Position numbers and translations under genes: made by a program
DNA from: Polyangiales bacterium
Lineage (GTDB): Bacteria; Myxococcota_A; Polyangia; Polyangiales; Polyangiaceae
Direction of reading: 5' to 3'
Length of the DNA: 64,000 bases
Assembly: GCA_038209335.1 (NCBI GenBank)
Contig: JBBQXV010000002.1
Span: 18,880-82,879, forward strand
In this document: positions 1-10,486 of the stretch, piece after piece
How positions within the stretch are numbered: the stretch's first letter is position 1
Layout of the letters: every line of letters starts with the position of its first letter
Notes under the pieces: model-generated
The model's input: only the letters and a program-made list of their open reading frames with translations
Database searches by the model: none
What the model was told of the DNA's origin: nothing

Positions 1-862
1 TGCGACGCTTCAGCGTCTCGCCGAGATCCGCCGAGACGCCCGCGCTGCCGGAGATGATTAGGCAGTAGATGAGGCCGAAGCGCATCGGCGCGCGATGCTT
101 CGGATCGAACCGATCGAGCCGCGCGAGGAGAAACGAGGAGAGCGGCTCCTTGTAGTAGTACGAGTCGAGCAAGTAGACGTCGCGGACCGCGTCGACGCCG
201 CCCTGTTCGAGCGCGGGCATCAGCGTCTGCCAACCGCCGGACGACGAGACGAGCGCGACGCGATCGACGTCGGCGTAACGATGCGCGCCGAGGATTGGCG
301 TGAGGGATTTCTCGACGAGCTCCGTGAGGAATGCGCGCAGGCCGCCGGGCCTCGAGATCGGACCGCCTTCGCTGCTCTTCACTTCGTACGCGAGCTGCGG
401 GACGACGACGAGCGAACGGATGCCGCTGCGCTCGACCTGCGCGGGGATGTCGTAACCGGTGTGGAGCGCGCCGGAGAGGCAGCCGGTGCCGCGCGGGCTG
501 ACGTAGCTCGCGATGCAATTTTGCCAGCCGTGGAAGATGACGGTGACGTGGAGAGTGGGGCTCGCGGGATCGAAGGCGCGCGGGACGTAGACCCACGCGT
601 TGGGGAGGTTGTGCCCGGGATCGATCGCGGAGCGGACGCGGAACGTGAAGGCGCGGCCGCGGGGATCGGGGAGGGGAGTGGACGTCGAGGGCGGGGTCGA
701 GGTCGAGGTCGGGGTCGAGGTCGAGGTGGAGGTCGAGGTCGAGGTCGAGGTCGAGGTCGCGATCGTCGTCGCCGGGAACGAGGTCGACGCCGCGAAGTCC
801 GCGATCGCGAGCATCGCGAACGCGAAGTGGATTGCGCCGCCGTGGCGCGCAGCGAGCCTCAT
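1..862 (-). CDS. Secreted protein of unknown function: N-terminal signal peptide, (Ser-Thr)n linker, then a globular domain. Its 3' end lies beyond position 1.
   Basis: The reverse-complement ATG is at 860-862 and gives MRLAARHGGAIHFAFAMLAIADFAAS (signal-peptide-like), then STSTSTSTSTPTSTSTPPSTSTPLP encoded by the hexamer repeat, then a normal-composition domain (..VIFHGWQNCIASYVSPRGTGC..LVSSSGGWQTLMP..) that runs off the window start. It is absent from the ORF track because no stop codon falls inside the window. The plus-strand ORF 95-928 is its shadow. Confidence 0.6.
   Translation of the reverse strand, partial: MRLAARHGGAIHFAFAMLAIADFAASTSFPATTIATSTSTSTSTSTSTSTPTSTSTPPSTSTPLPDPRGRAFTFRVRSAIDPGHNLPNAWVYVPRAFDPASPTLHVTVIFHGWQNCIASYVSPRGTGCLSGALHTGYDIPAQVERSGIRSLVVVPQLAYEVKSSEGGPISRPGGLRAFLTELVEKSLTPILGAHRYADVDRVALVSSSGGWQTLMPALEQGGVDAVRDVYLLDSYYYKEPLSSFLLARLDRFDPKHRAPMRFGLIYCLIISGSAGVSADLGETLKRR
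683..760. repeat. Hexanucleotide tandem repeat (GTCGAG/GTCGGG/GTGGAG)n, about 13 units. On the minus strand it codes (Ser-Thr)n in the secreted protein.
   Basis: Plus-strand sequence gtcgagggcggggtcgaggtcgaggtcggggtcgaggtcgaggtggaggtcgaggtcgaggtcgaggtcgaggtc. It is preceded by ggggaggggagt at about 669-680. Confidence 0.9.
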
Positions 863-914
863 CGGAGCCAATTTCTCATGCCATCGCCTACCCACGCCAG
901 TCGCTCTCCGACGC

Positions 915-940
915 AAAGTGTAAAGTGACACTTGACACTT
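915..940. promoter_or_regulatory. Nested imperfect palindrome (operator-like) overlapping a consensus TTGACA -35 hexamer, upstream of the reductase-MerR-diiron genes.
   Basis: The sequence is AAAGTGTAAAGTGACACTTGACACTT. It has two direct AAAGTG half-sites on the left and two inverted CACTT(T) half-sites on the right. An exact 11-bp palindrome AAGTGaCACTT sits at 923-933. TTGACA is at 932-937. All of this lies in the 210-bp gap between divergent genes. Confidence 0.4.
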
Positions 941-1071
941 ATCCGGACGGTGCCATTCTTTGGTGCGTGACACCTCCCGCCTCCGCCTCCGCCTCCGCGC
1001 CCTCCGCCGTCGTTGGCCGTCTCGCGCGCGTCGTCGGCCGTCGCCTCGACGCGCTTCGGCGCGACGTCGCC

Positions 1072-2190
1072 ATGATCGTTGGCGCTTCGCCGTCACCGTT
1101 CGTCGCTCGCCGCGCCACCGCGCGCGTCGAGACCCAGGTCGCGTCTGGGCTCGCGCCGCGCCGACTTCGGATCGCTCGTGTCGTCCGCGAAACAGCCGAC
1201 GCCGTGACGCTCGTCCTCGAGGATCCGACCGGCGCGGCGATCGTCTTCGTTCCCGGTCAGTTCTTCACGCTCCTCGCGACGGTCGACGGCGAGGCGCTCC
1301 GTCGCGCGTACTCCGCGTCGAGCTCGGCGCTCGACGCGACGCAGGTCACGCTCACGGCCAAGCGCGTCGTCGGCGGAAAGGTGTCGAGCTGGCTCGCGAC
1401 CGACGCCTGCGAAGGAATGACGATCGACGTGCTCGGTCCGTCCGGCGCGTTCACCGTCGCGCCCGACGCCGACGCCGTCCGTCACCTCGTCCTCGTCGGT
1501 GGCGGCAGCGGGATCACGCCGCTCATGTCGATCGCGCGGACGATCCTCGCGGCCGAGCCGCGCTCGTTCGTCTCGCTCGTGTACGGAAACCGCGGCGCCG
1601 ACGACGTCATCTTCCGCGACGCGCTCGATGCCCTCGCGCTCGAGCACGCGGATCGCTTCACGCTTCGCCACGTCCTCTCCGATCCGCCGCGCGAATGGAT
1701 CGGCGGCGTCGGCGTCCTCGAGCCCGACGTCCTCGCGCGCGAGATCGCGCTCGTCGATCTCCACCTCGATCTCCCGACCGACTTCTTCGTGTGCGGCCCC
1801 GAGCCAATGATGCGCGCCGCACGCGACGTCCTCGCGGCGCGCGGCGTCGATCCGAAGCGCGTGCACGAAGAGCGCTTCTCGTCCCCCCAGCTTCGTACCT
1901 CCGCGACGCGCGACCTCGGCACGCACCCGGTCACGCTTCGCACCGGAGGCGACGAGCGCCGATTCGTCGTCGCGTCCGGCCAGACCATCCTCGAAGCAGG
2001 GCTCGCGGCCGGAGCGCCGATGCCGTTCTCGTGCGCGATGGGCGGATGCGGTGCGTGCAAAGTGAAGCTCGCGTCCGGCGATGTGGAGATGGACGAACCG
2101 AGCTGCCTCTCCGACGACGAGCGCGCCGCAGGTTTCGTCCTCGCGTGCTGCGCGCGCCCGCAAGGGCCGGCCGTCGTGGAGCTCCCGTGA
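1072..2190 (+). CDS. FNR-type flavin oxidoreductase (FAD/NAD(P)-binding) with a C-terminal plant-type 2Fe-2S ferredoxin domain. This is the PaaE / Rv3230c-like class of electron-transfer partner for oxygenases and desaturases.
   Basis: The ATG at 1072 is in frame with track ORF 832-2190. The protein has an RxYS flavin-binding motif (EALRRAYSASS), a GGGSGITP NAD-binding motif, and C-terminal CAMGGCGACKV...LACCARP, which is a C-x4-C-x2-C...C 2Fe-2S ligand set. An upstream in-frame GTG near 967 is an alternative start. Confidence 0.85.
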   Translation: MIVGASPSPFVARRATARVETQVASGLAPRRLRIARVVRETADAVTLVLEDPTGAAIVFVPGQFFTLLATVDGEALRRAYSASSSALDATQVTLTAKRVVGGKVSSWLATDACEGMTIDVLGPSGAFTVAPDADAVRHLVLVGGGSGITPLMSIARTILAAEPRSFVSLVYGNRGADDVIFRDALDALALEHADRFTLRHVLSDPPREWIGGVGVLEPDVLAREIALVDLHLDLPTDFFVCGPEPMMRAARDVLAARGVDPKRVHEERFSSPQLRTSATRDLGTHPVTLRTGGDERRFVVASGQTILEAGLAAGAPMPFSCAMGGCGACKVKLASGDVEMDEPSCLSDDERAAGFVLACCARPQGPAVVELP

Positions 2191-2216
2191 TCGATCGCGC
2201 CGCGTGGCCGTACCGC

Positions 2217-2909
2217 ATGAAGGATCTCTCGTCCCTCACCGGGCTCCCGCGTCAGGCGATCCATTTCTACATCCAGCAAGGCCTCGTCCCCGAAGGGCAC
2301 AAGACGGGGCGCAACATGGCGTACTACGGCGAAGAGCACGTCGCGCGAATCAAGCTCGTGCGCGAGCTCCAACACGATCGCTTTCTGCCACTCAAGGCGA
2401 TCCGCGCCGTCATCGACGAGCGCGACGACGCGTTCAGCCCTGCGCAACGCCGCCTCCTCGTCGACGTGAAGGAGCGACTCGGTAAGCACGTCGCGCCGCG
2501 CAGCGACGATGCGCGCGAGACGGTCGACGCGAAGGAGCTCGCTGCGCGCGTGGGTCTCGAGAAGAAGGATCTCGACGAGATGATCGCGATCGGCCTCTTC
2601 GCCGCGTCGCCGGGCCCGCGCGGTCGGCTCCGCATCGCGAGGGACGACGCTTGGATCGTCGAGCTCTTCGGCGAGGTCCGCGCCGCCGGCTTCACGCGGA
2701 AGCTCGGTTTTCCGGCGAGCATCATGACGATCTACGAAGACGCGATGACGCAGCTCTTCGATCGCGAGACCGCGCTCCTGACCTCGAAGCTCTCGCACCT
2801 CCCGGCCGATCGCGTCGCGTCGATGACGGCGAAGGTCCTCCCGATCATCAGCACGTTTCTCGCGCGCTACCACGACACCAAGGTCCGACACTTTTTCGCT
2901 GCGATGTGA
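2217..2909 (+). CDS. MerR-family transcriptional regulator
   Basis: N-terminal HTH reads MKDLSSLTGLPRQAIHFYIQQGLVPEGHKTGRNMAYYGEEHVARIKLVRELQ, a typical MerR helix-turn-helix plus coiled-coil region. The ATG at 2217 is in frame with the C-terminal part of track ORF 960-2909. It lies 27 bp after the reductase stop. Confidence 0.85.
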   Translation: MKDLSSLTGLPRQAIHFYIQQGLVPEGHKTGRNMAYYGEEHVARIKLVRELQHDRFLPLKAIRAVIDERDDAFSPAQRRLLVDVKERLGKHVAPRSDDARETVDAKELAARVGLEKKDLDEMIAIGLFAASPGPRGRLRIARDDAWIVELFGEVRAAGFTRKLGFPASIMTIYEDAMTQLFDRETALLTSKLSHLPADRVASMTAKVLPIISTFLARYHDTKVRHFFAAM

Positions 2910-2932
2910 TCACGACAGAGGAGTCACCCCGA

Positions 2933-4123
<1,191 letters not shown>

Positions 4124-4129
4124 GATCCG

Positions 4130-4627
4130 CTACGGCACTTCGCGCTTCGTCGAGGGGGGAGGAACGTCGTCGAGCGCCTCGCGTGTGAAGATCGCGACCG
4201 TGCCGACCGCCGCGTCGCTGGCGCCGCGCAACGGCGCGATCGATACGCGCGCCCTCACGCGACCACCGTCCTTGCGCGTGTGCGTCGCTTCGACGCCCGT
4301 CACCGTGTCGCCCGCGACGGCGCTCTTCGCGAGCGCGACGAGCTCCGCCGACGGCGTCCTGCCGATCGCCTCGTCCGCAGTCCATCCGAAGAGCGCCGCG
4401 GCGGCCGGGTTCCACAGCGTCACGCGCCCTTCGAAGTCGAGCGCGACGATCGCGAGGGGCGACGCTTCGAACACCGCGCGCATCTGCTCATCGCGGTCGG
4501 GCGGCGGCGGACGCATGCCGCTCGCGAACGAAATGAGAAACGGTTCGTCGGTGCGTGGCGTCAGCGGACTCGACGACGGGGGATCGCCCTCGTCGGGCGA
4601 CGGAGCTATCGTGAAAGGAAGCAGCAT
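4130..4627 (-). CDS. Small stand-alone PAS-domain protein
   Basis: FEASPLAIVALDFEGRVTLWNPAAAALFGWTADEAIGRTPSAEL is a PAS fold signature. It is 165 aa as called. The true start may be the internal MRAVFE. Confidence 0.6.
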   Translation of the reverse strand: MLLPFTIAPSPDEGDPPSSSPLTPRTDEPFLISFASGMRPPPPDRDEQMRAVFEASPLAIVALDFEGRVTLWNPAAAALFGWTADEAIGRTPSAELVALAKSAVAGDTVTGVEATHTRKDGGRVRARVSIAPLRGASDAAVGTVAIFTREALDDVPPPSTKREVP

Positions 4628-4777
4628 CGGGTCGCTCTACGAGCCAGATCCGTGCCGCGCGTGCGACGGGAAATCCGCGCCGAAAGTCCAATGTGGGACC
4701 TCGAACGGCGCAGCTACGTTGGAAAGATCCAGTTTCAGGATTGCACGACGGGACGCGTCAGCCAGCCAAGCGAACGC

Positions 4778-6766
4778 TCACTTCAGGACGAAGTTGTTGA
4801 GCCCTTGGACGACGACGCCGACGACGCTCTCGCCCGCGATCAGGCCAGAGGAGATCGGCACGACGAAGCGGTCGGCCTGCTTGTCGCTGATCTTCTGAAA
4901 CGCGAGCGCGAGGACGGCGCCGATGAAGAAGCTGAGCGACGTCGCGAACGGAAACATGAGACCCAATCCGAGACCGCTCGCCGACGGGATCCATCTTCGC
5001 AGCTTCGGAAAAATCACCTCGGCGATCGCGAGCGCGACGCCCCACGCGATGCCGACGACGATCCCGTGGCGCGCCATCGGGTGCAGGTTCGCGAAGCCTT
5101 CGGCGAAGACGCGCGCCACCGCTTCCCACTGCTGCGCCGCGGGCGCCGGGAACATCGCCGCGCGCGTGGCGCCTTCGGGCGCGCGAATCGCCGCGATGCT
5201 CGGGACGAGGAAGAAGTACGCGGTGCACGACGCGATCGTGCCGGTGAAGATGCCGAGGAACTGCGCGAGGAACTGGCGACGTGGGTTCGCGCCGAGCAAG
5301 TAACCCGACTTGAGATCCGTGAGGAGATCCGCGGACGCGAGCGCGCCGCCCGACGTGATCGCGGCGGTCATCAGGTTGGCTTGCACGTTCTGCGGCATGA
5401 GCACGCCGTACGTGAGCTGCATGATCTTTCCCATCGGGCCGCCCGGCGTCACGTCGGTCTCGCCGGTCGCGCGGCAGGCGACGAACGCGAGCAAGAACGT
5501 CACGAGGACGGAGAGCGCGCCGAGGTGCGGCGGGATTTCGAACGCGCGCCACGCGATGAGGACGAGGCCCGTGCCCGCGACGGCCATTCCGAGCACGAAC
5601 CACGACGTCGGCACTTCGACGTGCGGCACGCGCGGATCTTCGCCCGCCAGCGCTTTGCCTCCGAAGCCGCTGAACGCGCGCGCGATCGTTCGCCATCCCA
5701 ACGCGAACGTCGTCAGCCCGTACGCGACCATCATCGGCGCGCCGTACCAGATGCCGATCTTCGTGGCGGCGTTCGCCGGGCTCGTCGCCGCGGTCACGAG
5801 CGTACCCAACGGATTCGTCCAACCCCATTCGAGCGCGCGCGGTCCGACGTCGAGCACGAGGATGCACGCCCCCGCGAGCATCGACGCCGTGACGCGCACG
5901 CCGATGATCGCACCGGCGCCGATGAGGACGACGCTGTGATCGAGCTTGATGTGCCACTGGGACAGCTCGAACGCCTTCTCGCGAAAGACGCCGAGCTTCG
6001 CGTCGAAGTAGCGCGCGACGATGTGGAGCCTGCCGTCGAAGATGTTCAGATCGTCGGGGAGCACGGGGCCGAGCGAGAGCTTCCCGTCGGCGCCGCAGCG
6101 TCGAACGGCGTTGAGATCTTTCAAGAGCGGGATCGACAGCGCGAAGAGGGCCGCGATCATGAGCGCGCGCGCCTTGACGATCGCCTCGCGTCCGTTGCCG
6201 TAGAGGCTCTGCAGCGTGACCGCGGTCGCCGTCCCGGTCGGGAACTTCAGCTTCTCGCGGTTGATCATGTTCCGCTTCATCGGGATCGCCATCACGACGC
6301 CGAGCACCGCCGTGAAGAAGATCCACGGCACGACGATGCGCCACGAGAGCTGTTGTCCGGTGAGGAGGAGCAGCGCCGGCACCGCCGACACGAGCACCAT
6401 GCCCGTCGAGAATCCGGCGGCCGACGCGACCGACTGCATGCAGTTGTTCTCGAGGATCGACATCGGCGTCTTCGCGATGCGCGCCTTGAGGAGCGCCGAC
6501 CACGTCGCGAACGAGAGAATGCACGCGGTGATCCCGACGCCGGCGGCCCAACCCGTCTTGAGGCCGACGTAGATGTTCGTGAAGCAGAGAAAGAACCCGA
6601 GGAACGATCCCATCAGGACCGCGCGCACCGTGAGCTGCGGAGCGTCGCCGCGGTAGGCCCTCGCGTACCACTCCGCCTCGTCCATCTTCGCGATCTCTTC
6701 CGGCGGGATGTCGAGCGGCTTGCTCTGCGCGACCTCCTCGGGCGTCTCGGCGGGCTTCTGGAACAA
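4778..6766 (-). CDS. OPT-family oligopeptide transporter
   Basis: A 662-aa polytopic membrane protein with segments typical of the OPT superfamily (..FLGFFLCFTNIYVGLKTGW.., ..GPMGKIMQLTYGVLMP.., ..SGLIAGESVVGVV..). Confidence 0.85.
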   Translation of the reverse strand: MFQKPAETPEEVAQSKPLDIPPEEIAKMDEAEWYARAYRGDAPQLTVRAVLMGSFLGFFLCFTNIYVGLKTGWAAGVGITACILSFATWSALLKARIAKTPMSILENNCMQSVASAAGFSTGMVLVSAVPALLLLTGQQLSWRIVVPWIFFTAVLGVVMAIPMKRNMINREKLKFPTGTATAVTLQSLYGNGREAIVKARALMIAALFALSIPLLKDLNAVRRCGADGKLSLGPVLPDDLNIFDGRLHIVARYFDAKLGVFREKAFELSQWHIKLDHSVVLIGAGAIIGVRVTASMLAGACILVLDVGPRALEWGWTNPLGTLVTAATSPANAATKIGIWYGAPMMVAYGLTTFALGWRTIARAFSGFGGKALAGEDPRVPHVEVPTSWFVLGMAVAGTGLVLIAWRAFEIPPHLGALSVLVTFLLAFVACRATGETDVTPGGPMGKIMQLTYGVLMPQNVQANLMTAAITSGGALASADLLTDLKSGYLLGANPRRQFLAQFLGIFTGTIASCTAYFFLVPSIAAIRAPEGATRAAMFPAPAAQQWEAVARVFAEGFANLHPMARHGIVVGIAWGVALAIAEVIFPKLRRWIPSASGLGLGLMFPFATSLSFFIGAVLALAFQKISDKQADRFVVPISSGLIAGESVVGVVVQGLNNFVLK

Positions 6767-6782
6767 GGAATCTTCGAGCGTA

Positions 6783-7997
6783 TCAGTCGCCCGCGGCGGA
6801 TCGAAAGATCCCCTTCGCCATGAGAGAGGACTCGGCGTCGGCGCGCGTGCGGTAGATTTCGGCGCGCGCTTTGGCGATGCCGTCGTCGGTCGGCGCTGCG
6901 AGGTGCGCCATCTCCGCGAGGTGGCACGCGACGGCGAGCTCGCCGTTTTGCGCGAGCTCGCGCGCGCGGTCGACGAGCTTCTTCGCGCCGCCGCTCAACG
7001 ACGCGACTTCGTGAGCGAGCGCGCGATCGGATCCGGGCTTCAAGTGCGCGGGGTTTCCGTCGTACCAGCCGCCGTACAGACGCCAGATGTTGCGGACGAT
7101 GAACTCGGGCTCGTCGTAGATCGGGCGCAGGTACGGACGCTCGAGGAGCTCCGCGGGCGCTTTCACCTCGGCGAGGACGCGGTCGAGCGTCGCCCCTTGG
7201 TTCATGAGCGCGAGCGTCTGCGCGTGGAGCGACTCGAGGAGCGTCGCGCTCTCTTCGAGCGCACGTTGCACGCGATCCGCGCCGAAGATCGGCGGACCGT
7301 GTCCCGGGCACATCGTCTCGGCGCCGAGCGCGGCCATCGTGCGGAGCGCGTGCGCCCAGTCGATCGCGTACCGCTGGACCTTCTGCGGGTTGCCGGCGTT
7401 CGGCGTCGCCCAGATGAAGAGATCTCCCGTGCAGACTACACGTTGGTCCGGGAGCCACGCCCACGTCGCGTCGTCGGTCTCGCCGCGCGCGTGGTGGAGC
7501 TCGACGCGGACTCCGCCCACGTCGAGCGCGAGATCGCTCGCGAACGTCACGTCGGGGTAACGGAACGTCGTGGGCCAGGTCGCGGAAGTTTGGAACTGGC
7601 GCGCGTTGATGCAGGCGTTGTAGCCGCCGGTCGCCTTGTAGCGATCGAACCGCGCCGCGACGGCTTCGTGCGCGACGACACGCGCGGGCCCGCCCTCGGC
7701 TTCGTAGAGCTCGACGCCGAAGCAGTGGTCGACGTGGCCGTGCGTGTAGATGGCCGTGTGGAGCGCGCGCTTCGAGAAGATGCGCACGAGCCCCTTCGTC
7801 GGCGCGGCGAGGACGAAGCTGCCGGTGTCGACGAGCACGAGGCCGTCGTCGGTGTCGATCGCCGTGACGTTCGCGAAGCTCGAGACGAACGCAACGCGTG
7901 CGGCGACTTCTTCGACCGCCATCTGCGGAGCGAACGGATGCACGCTCTTGTCGTCGCCCTTCCAGAAGCGCTCGGCGAGATCGCGGATCGTTCCCAT
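6783..7997 (-). CDS. MBL-fold metallo-hydrolase, alkyl/aryl-sulfatase (SdsA1/BDS1) N-domain-like
   Basis: The HxHxDH zinc motif is present as YTHGHVDHCFG. The architecture looks like the alkylsulfatase MBL plus dimerisation domains. It is 404 aa. Confidence 0.75.
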   Translation of the reverse strand: MGTIRDLAERFWKGDDKSVHPFAPQMAVEEVAARVAFVSSFANVTAIDTDDGLVLVDTGSFVLAAPTKGLVRIFSKRALHTAIYTHGHVDHCFGVELYEAEGGPARVVAHEAVAARFDRYKATGGYNACINARQFQTSATWPTTFRYPDVTFASDLALDVGGVRVELHHARGETDDATWAWLPDQRVVCTGDLFIWATPNAGNPQKVQRYAIDWAHALRTMAALGAETMCPGHGPPIFGADRVQRALEESATLLESLHAQTLALMNQGATLDRVLAEVKAPAELLERPYLRPIYDEPEFIVRNIWRLYGGWYDGNPAHLKPGSDRALAHEVASLSGGAKKLVDRARELAQNGELAVACHLAEMAHLAAPTDDGIAKARAEIYRTRADAESSLMAKGIFRSAAGD

Positions 7998-8011
7998 GCG
8001 ACGCTAGTCTC

Positions 8012-9121
8012 TCACGGGACGCGATAGAGCAGCAGCCGGCATTCGATGGCGCCGTTGTAGACGAGCCACCACTTTTCGGGTTTTCGTCCGAAGGCGCGCT
8101 CGATCTCCGACGTGCCGGCGAGCACCGCGACGCCGTGACCGTGCAGCGTGAAGAGCGCGCGCGCCATGTCGTTGAAGAAGGGGCGATCCGCGTCGAGGCG
8201 CTCGCCGTACGGCGGGTTCGTGACGACGACGCCGGGCGGATCGGTCGGAACGATCGCGCGAACGTCGCGCTCTTCGACGACGAGATCGACGCCGGCGATC
8301 TTCGCGTTCGCGCGCGTCGCGTCGACCATCGCCGGATCGATGTCGGTCGCGCGGACGATCGGTCCGTCGCGCCGCGCGCTCGCACGCGCTTGGCTTCGGA
8401 GATCCGCCATCTGCTTCTGCATCGCGTCGTCGCAGAGCGCCCATCGCTCGACGCCGAAGCTCGCGCGCCGGAGCCCCGGCGCGACGCCGCGCGCCCACTC
8501 GGCCGCTTCGATCGCGATCGTCCCCGCGCCGCACATCGGATCGACGAGCGGGCGCTTTCGATCCCAGCCCGAGAGGCGGAGCATCGCCGCAGCGAGCGTC
8601 TCCTTGAGCGGCGCTTCGCCGGTCAGCGTGCGCCATCCGCGTCTGTGGAGCGGTTCACCCGCGAGATCGACGTAGACGTCGGCGCGATCGTTCACGAGGT
8701 GAACGACGACGAGGACGTCGGGATCGTCGAGATTGACGGAAGGTCGCTCGCCGAGATCGTCGCGGAGCTGATCGACGATCGCGTCCTTCGCGCGCTGCGC
8801 GATGAATTGCGAGTGGGTGAGCTTGCTCGATCGACACGTCGCCTTCACCGCCAGCGTGTGCTTCGGCGAAAGGAAGTGCCGCCACTCGAGCGAGTGCATC
8901 ACTTCGTAGAGCTCGTTCCCTCCGCGGACGTCGAACGTACCGCGCCACGCGAGGACGCGCACAGCGACGCGCGACCAGAGGCACACGCGCGCGCCGTCGA
9001 GGAGCTCGCCCGCGAAATGAACGCCGCCGCGATCCGCGCGCACGCCGCGTAGGCCGAGCTCGCGTAGCTCGTCACGGAGCGCCGGCTCGGTGCCTTTCGC
9101 AGCGGTCGCGAAGAAGTCCAT
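8012..9121 (-). CDS. THUMP-domain class-I SAM-dependent RNA N2-guanine methyltransferase (RlmL/Trm14-like)
   Basis: The ATG at 9119-9121 (MDFFATAAKGTEPALRDELRELG) is in frame with track ORF 8012-9298. DPMCGAGTIAIEAA is SAM motif I and VVTNPPYGERL is the NPPY catalytic motif. Confidence 0.8.
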   Translation of the reverse strand: MDFFATAAKGTEPALRDELRELGLRGVRADRGGVHFAGELLDGARVCLWSRVAVRVLAWRGTFDVRGGNELYEVMHSLEWRHFLSPKHTLAVKATCRSSKLTHSQFIAQRAKDAIVDQLRDDLGERPSVNLDDPDVLVVVHLVNDRADVYVDLAGEPLHRRGWRTLTGEAPLKETLAAAMLRLSGWDRKRPLVDPMCGAGTIAIEAAEWARGVAPGLRRASFGVERWALCDDAMQKQMADLRSQARASARRDGPIVRATDIDPAMVDATRANAKIAGVDLVVEERDVRAIVPTDPPGVVVTNPPYGERLDADRPFFNDMARALFTLHGHGVAVLAGTSEIERAFGRKPEKWWLVYNGAIECRLLLYRVP

Positions 9122-9137
9122 GCGCTCGTATAGCGGA

Positions 9138-10358
9138 CTAGCGCGGGGCAGGCGGACTGTTTTGCGCGCTCCACACGACGAGAAGTATCCCCGACACAGC
9201 CGCGATCGCCGCGCCCGAGCCGAGCGCGACTTGATGTCCGTACGCCTTCCAGAGCCAGCCCGTGAGGAGCCCGGCGGGGAGAGCGGTGACTCCGACAACG
9301 AGGTTGTAGTAACCGAACGCGCGTCCGCGAATCTCCGCGGGCGCGATGTCGCGGACGAGCGCCTTTTCCGCCGGTTCGGTGAGGCCGTAGTAGGCGCCGT
9401 AGACGACGAAGATGGCCCACGCTTGCCACGACTCGGTTGCGACGCCGAGGACGAGGTAGGTCGCGGCGTAGACGATCCATCCGATGAGAATGAGGCGCGC
9501 GCGAGGAACGCGATCGGAGAGATCGCCGCCGAGCCAGGCGCTCACGACCTTGGTGAGATTGAGGACGGTCCAGAGGACGGGGATGAGCGCCGTGGCGACG
9601 CCGAGCTCGCGCGCACGCAAGAGGAGGAACGCGTCGGACGAGTTGCCGAGGGAGAAGAGGAGGACGATAGCGAGATACGATTTGAGGCGCGCGGGGAGGG
9701 GAGTCTTCGAGGTCGAGGTCGACGTCGACGTCGACGTCGAAGGCGAGGTCGAGGTCGCGGGCCGCGCGCGCTCCTTCACCAAGAGCACGAGCAGCGTCGC
9801 GATCACGCCCGGAATCACCGCGAGCCAAAACACGTTCCGCACCGAGACACCCAGCGCGAGCAGCGCCGTCGCGATCAACGGTCCGACGACCGCACCCGTG
9901 TGATCCATCGCTTGGTGAAATCCGAACGCGCGACCGGCGCCCCCTTTCTCCGCGGCGTCGGCGATGAGCGCGTCGCGCGGCGCCGAACGCAATCCCTTGC
10001 CGACGCGATCGGTGACGCGAACCGCGAGCACGTGCCACGGCGCCGTCGCGATCGCGACGAGCGGCCTCACCGCGCTCGCCAGCCCGTACCCGAATATCAC
10101 CAGCGGCTTGCGCTTCCCGAGGCGATCCGACACCGAGCCCGCGACCAGCTTCAGCAAGCTCGACACCGTGTCGGCGAGCCCTTCGACCAGCCCGAGAAAC
10201 TCCGCACCCGCGCCGAGCGTCCCCACGAGGAACAGCGGCAGGAGCGGAAAGATCATCTCCGTCCCGATGTCGGTGGCGAGGCTCGTGAACCCGAGCAAGA
10301 CGACCGTGCGCGGAAGGGCGTTTCGAGGCAAAGCGGCCAAGGCGACGCAACGTTGCAC
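9138..10358 (-). CDS. MFS transporter
   Basis: Twelve-TM-like composition with MFS signatures (..VSDRLGKRKPLV.., GxxxD/RxGRR-like loops). The probable GTG start at 10358 is in frame with track ORF 9138-10460. The central cytoplasmic loop carries an (ST)n insert. Confidence 0.8.
   Translation of the reverse strand: MQRCVALAALPRNALPRTVVLLGFTSLATDIGTEMIFPLLPLFLVGTLGAGAEFLGLVEGLADTVSSLLKLVAGSVSDRLGKRKPLVIFGYGLASAVRPLVAIATAPWHVLAVRVTDRVGKGLRSAPRDALIADAAEKGGAGRAFGFHQAMDHTGAVVGPLIATALLALGVSVRNVFWLAVIPGVIATLLVLLVKERARPATSTSPSTSTSTSTSTSKTPLPARLKSYLAIVLLFSLGNSSDAFLLLRARELGVATALIPVLWTVLNLTKVVSAWLGGDLSDRVPRARLILIGWIVYAATYLVLGVATESWQAWAIFVVYGAYYGLTEPAEKALVRDIAPAEIRGRAFGYYNLVVGVTALPAGLLTGWLWKAYGHQVALGSGAAIAAVSGILLVVWSAQNSPPAPR
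9708..9757. repeat. Hexanucleotide tandem repeat (GTCGAG/GTCGAC)n of about 8 units, coding (Ser-Thr)n in the MFS loop
   Basis: Plus-strand ggggaggggagt-cttcgaggtcgaggtcgacgtcgacgtcgacgtcgaaggcgaggtcgaggtc. It has the same GGGGAGGGGAGT flank as the repeat at 683-760. Confidence 0.85.
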
Positions 10359-10486
10359 GCTTGCGCCCTTGCTTTGCAACCTTGCATCGCGCGCCGTTTC
10401 CTCCACAGGGCAAATGCTCGAAATCGCGTTCCCGGATGCGTGGCATACGCGATGCACCATCTCGAGACGCAGCGCCGGCCGGGCTT

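Noticed and set aside
683-760. The possibility that the hexamer repeat arrays (here and at 9708-9757) are CRISPR-like
   Set aside because: The period is 6 bp with no spacers. The arrays lie inside coding sequences and encode (Ser-Thr)n. No cas genes are present.
95-928. A 277-aa plus-strand ORF with (VE)n and an RGRGRG low-complexity tail
   Set aside because: It is the antisense shadow of the minus-strand secreted protein, which has a proper signal peptide and domain composition. The RG and VE repeats are simply the hexamer repeat read in another frame.
960-2909. A 649-aa ORF spanning the reductase region in another frame
   Set aside because: The N-terminal 420 residues are extremely Arg-rich (RRRRPSPRRASARRR...) and overlap the well-supported reductase. 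Only the C-terminal 230 aa, from the ATG at 2217, is real, and that part is the MerR regulator.
4280-6823. Long ORFs of 847 and 637 aa (4280-6823 on the plus strand, 4758-6671 on the minus strand) overlapping the OPT transporter
   Set aside because: Both have Arg/Asp/Glu-rich low-complexity translations without domains. The OPT frame shows normal membrane-protein composition. These are typical GC-rich shadow ORFs.
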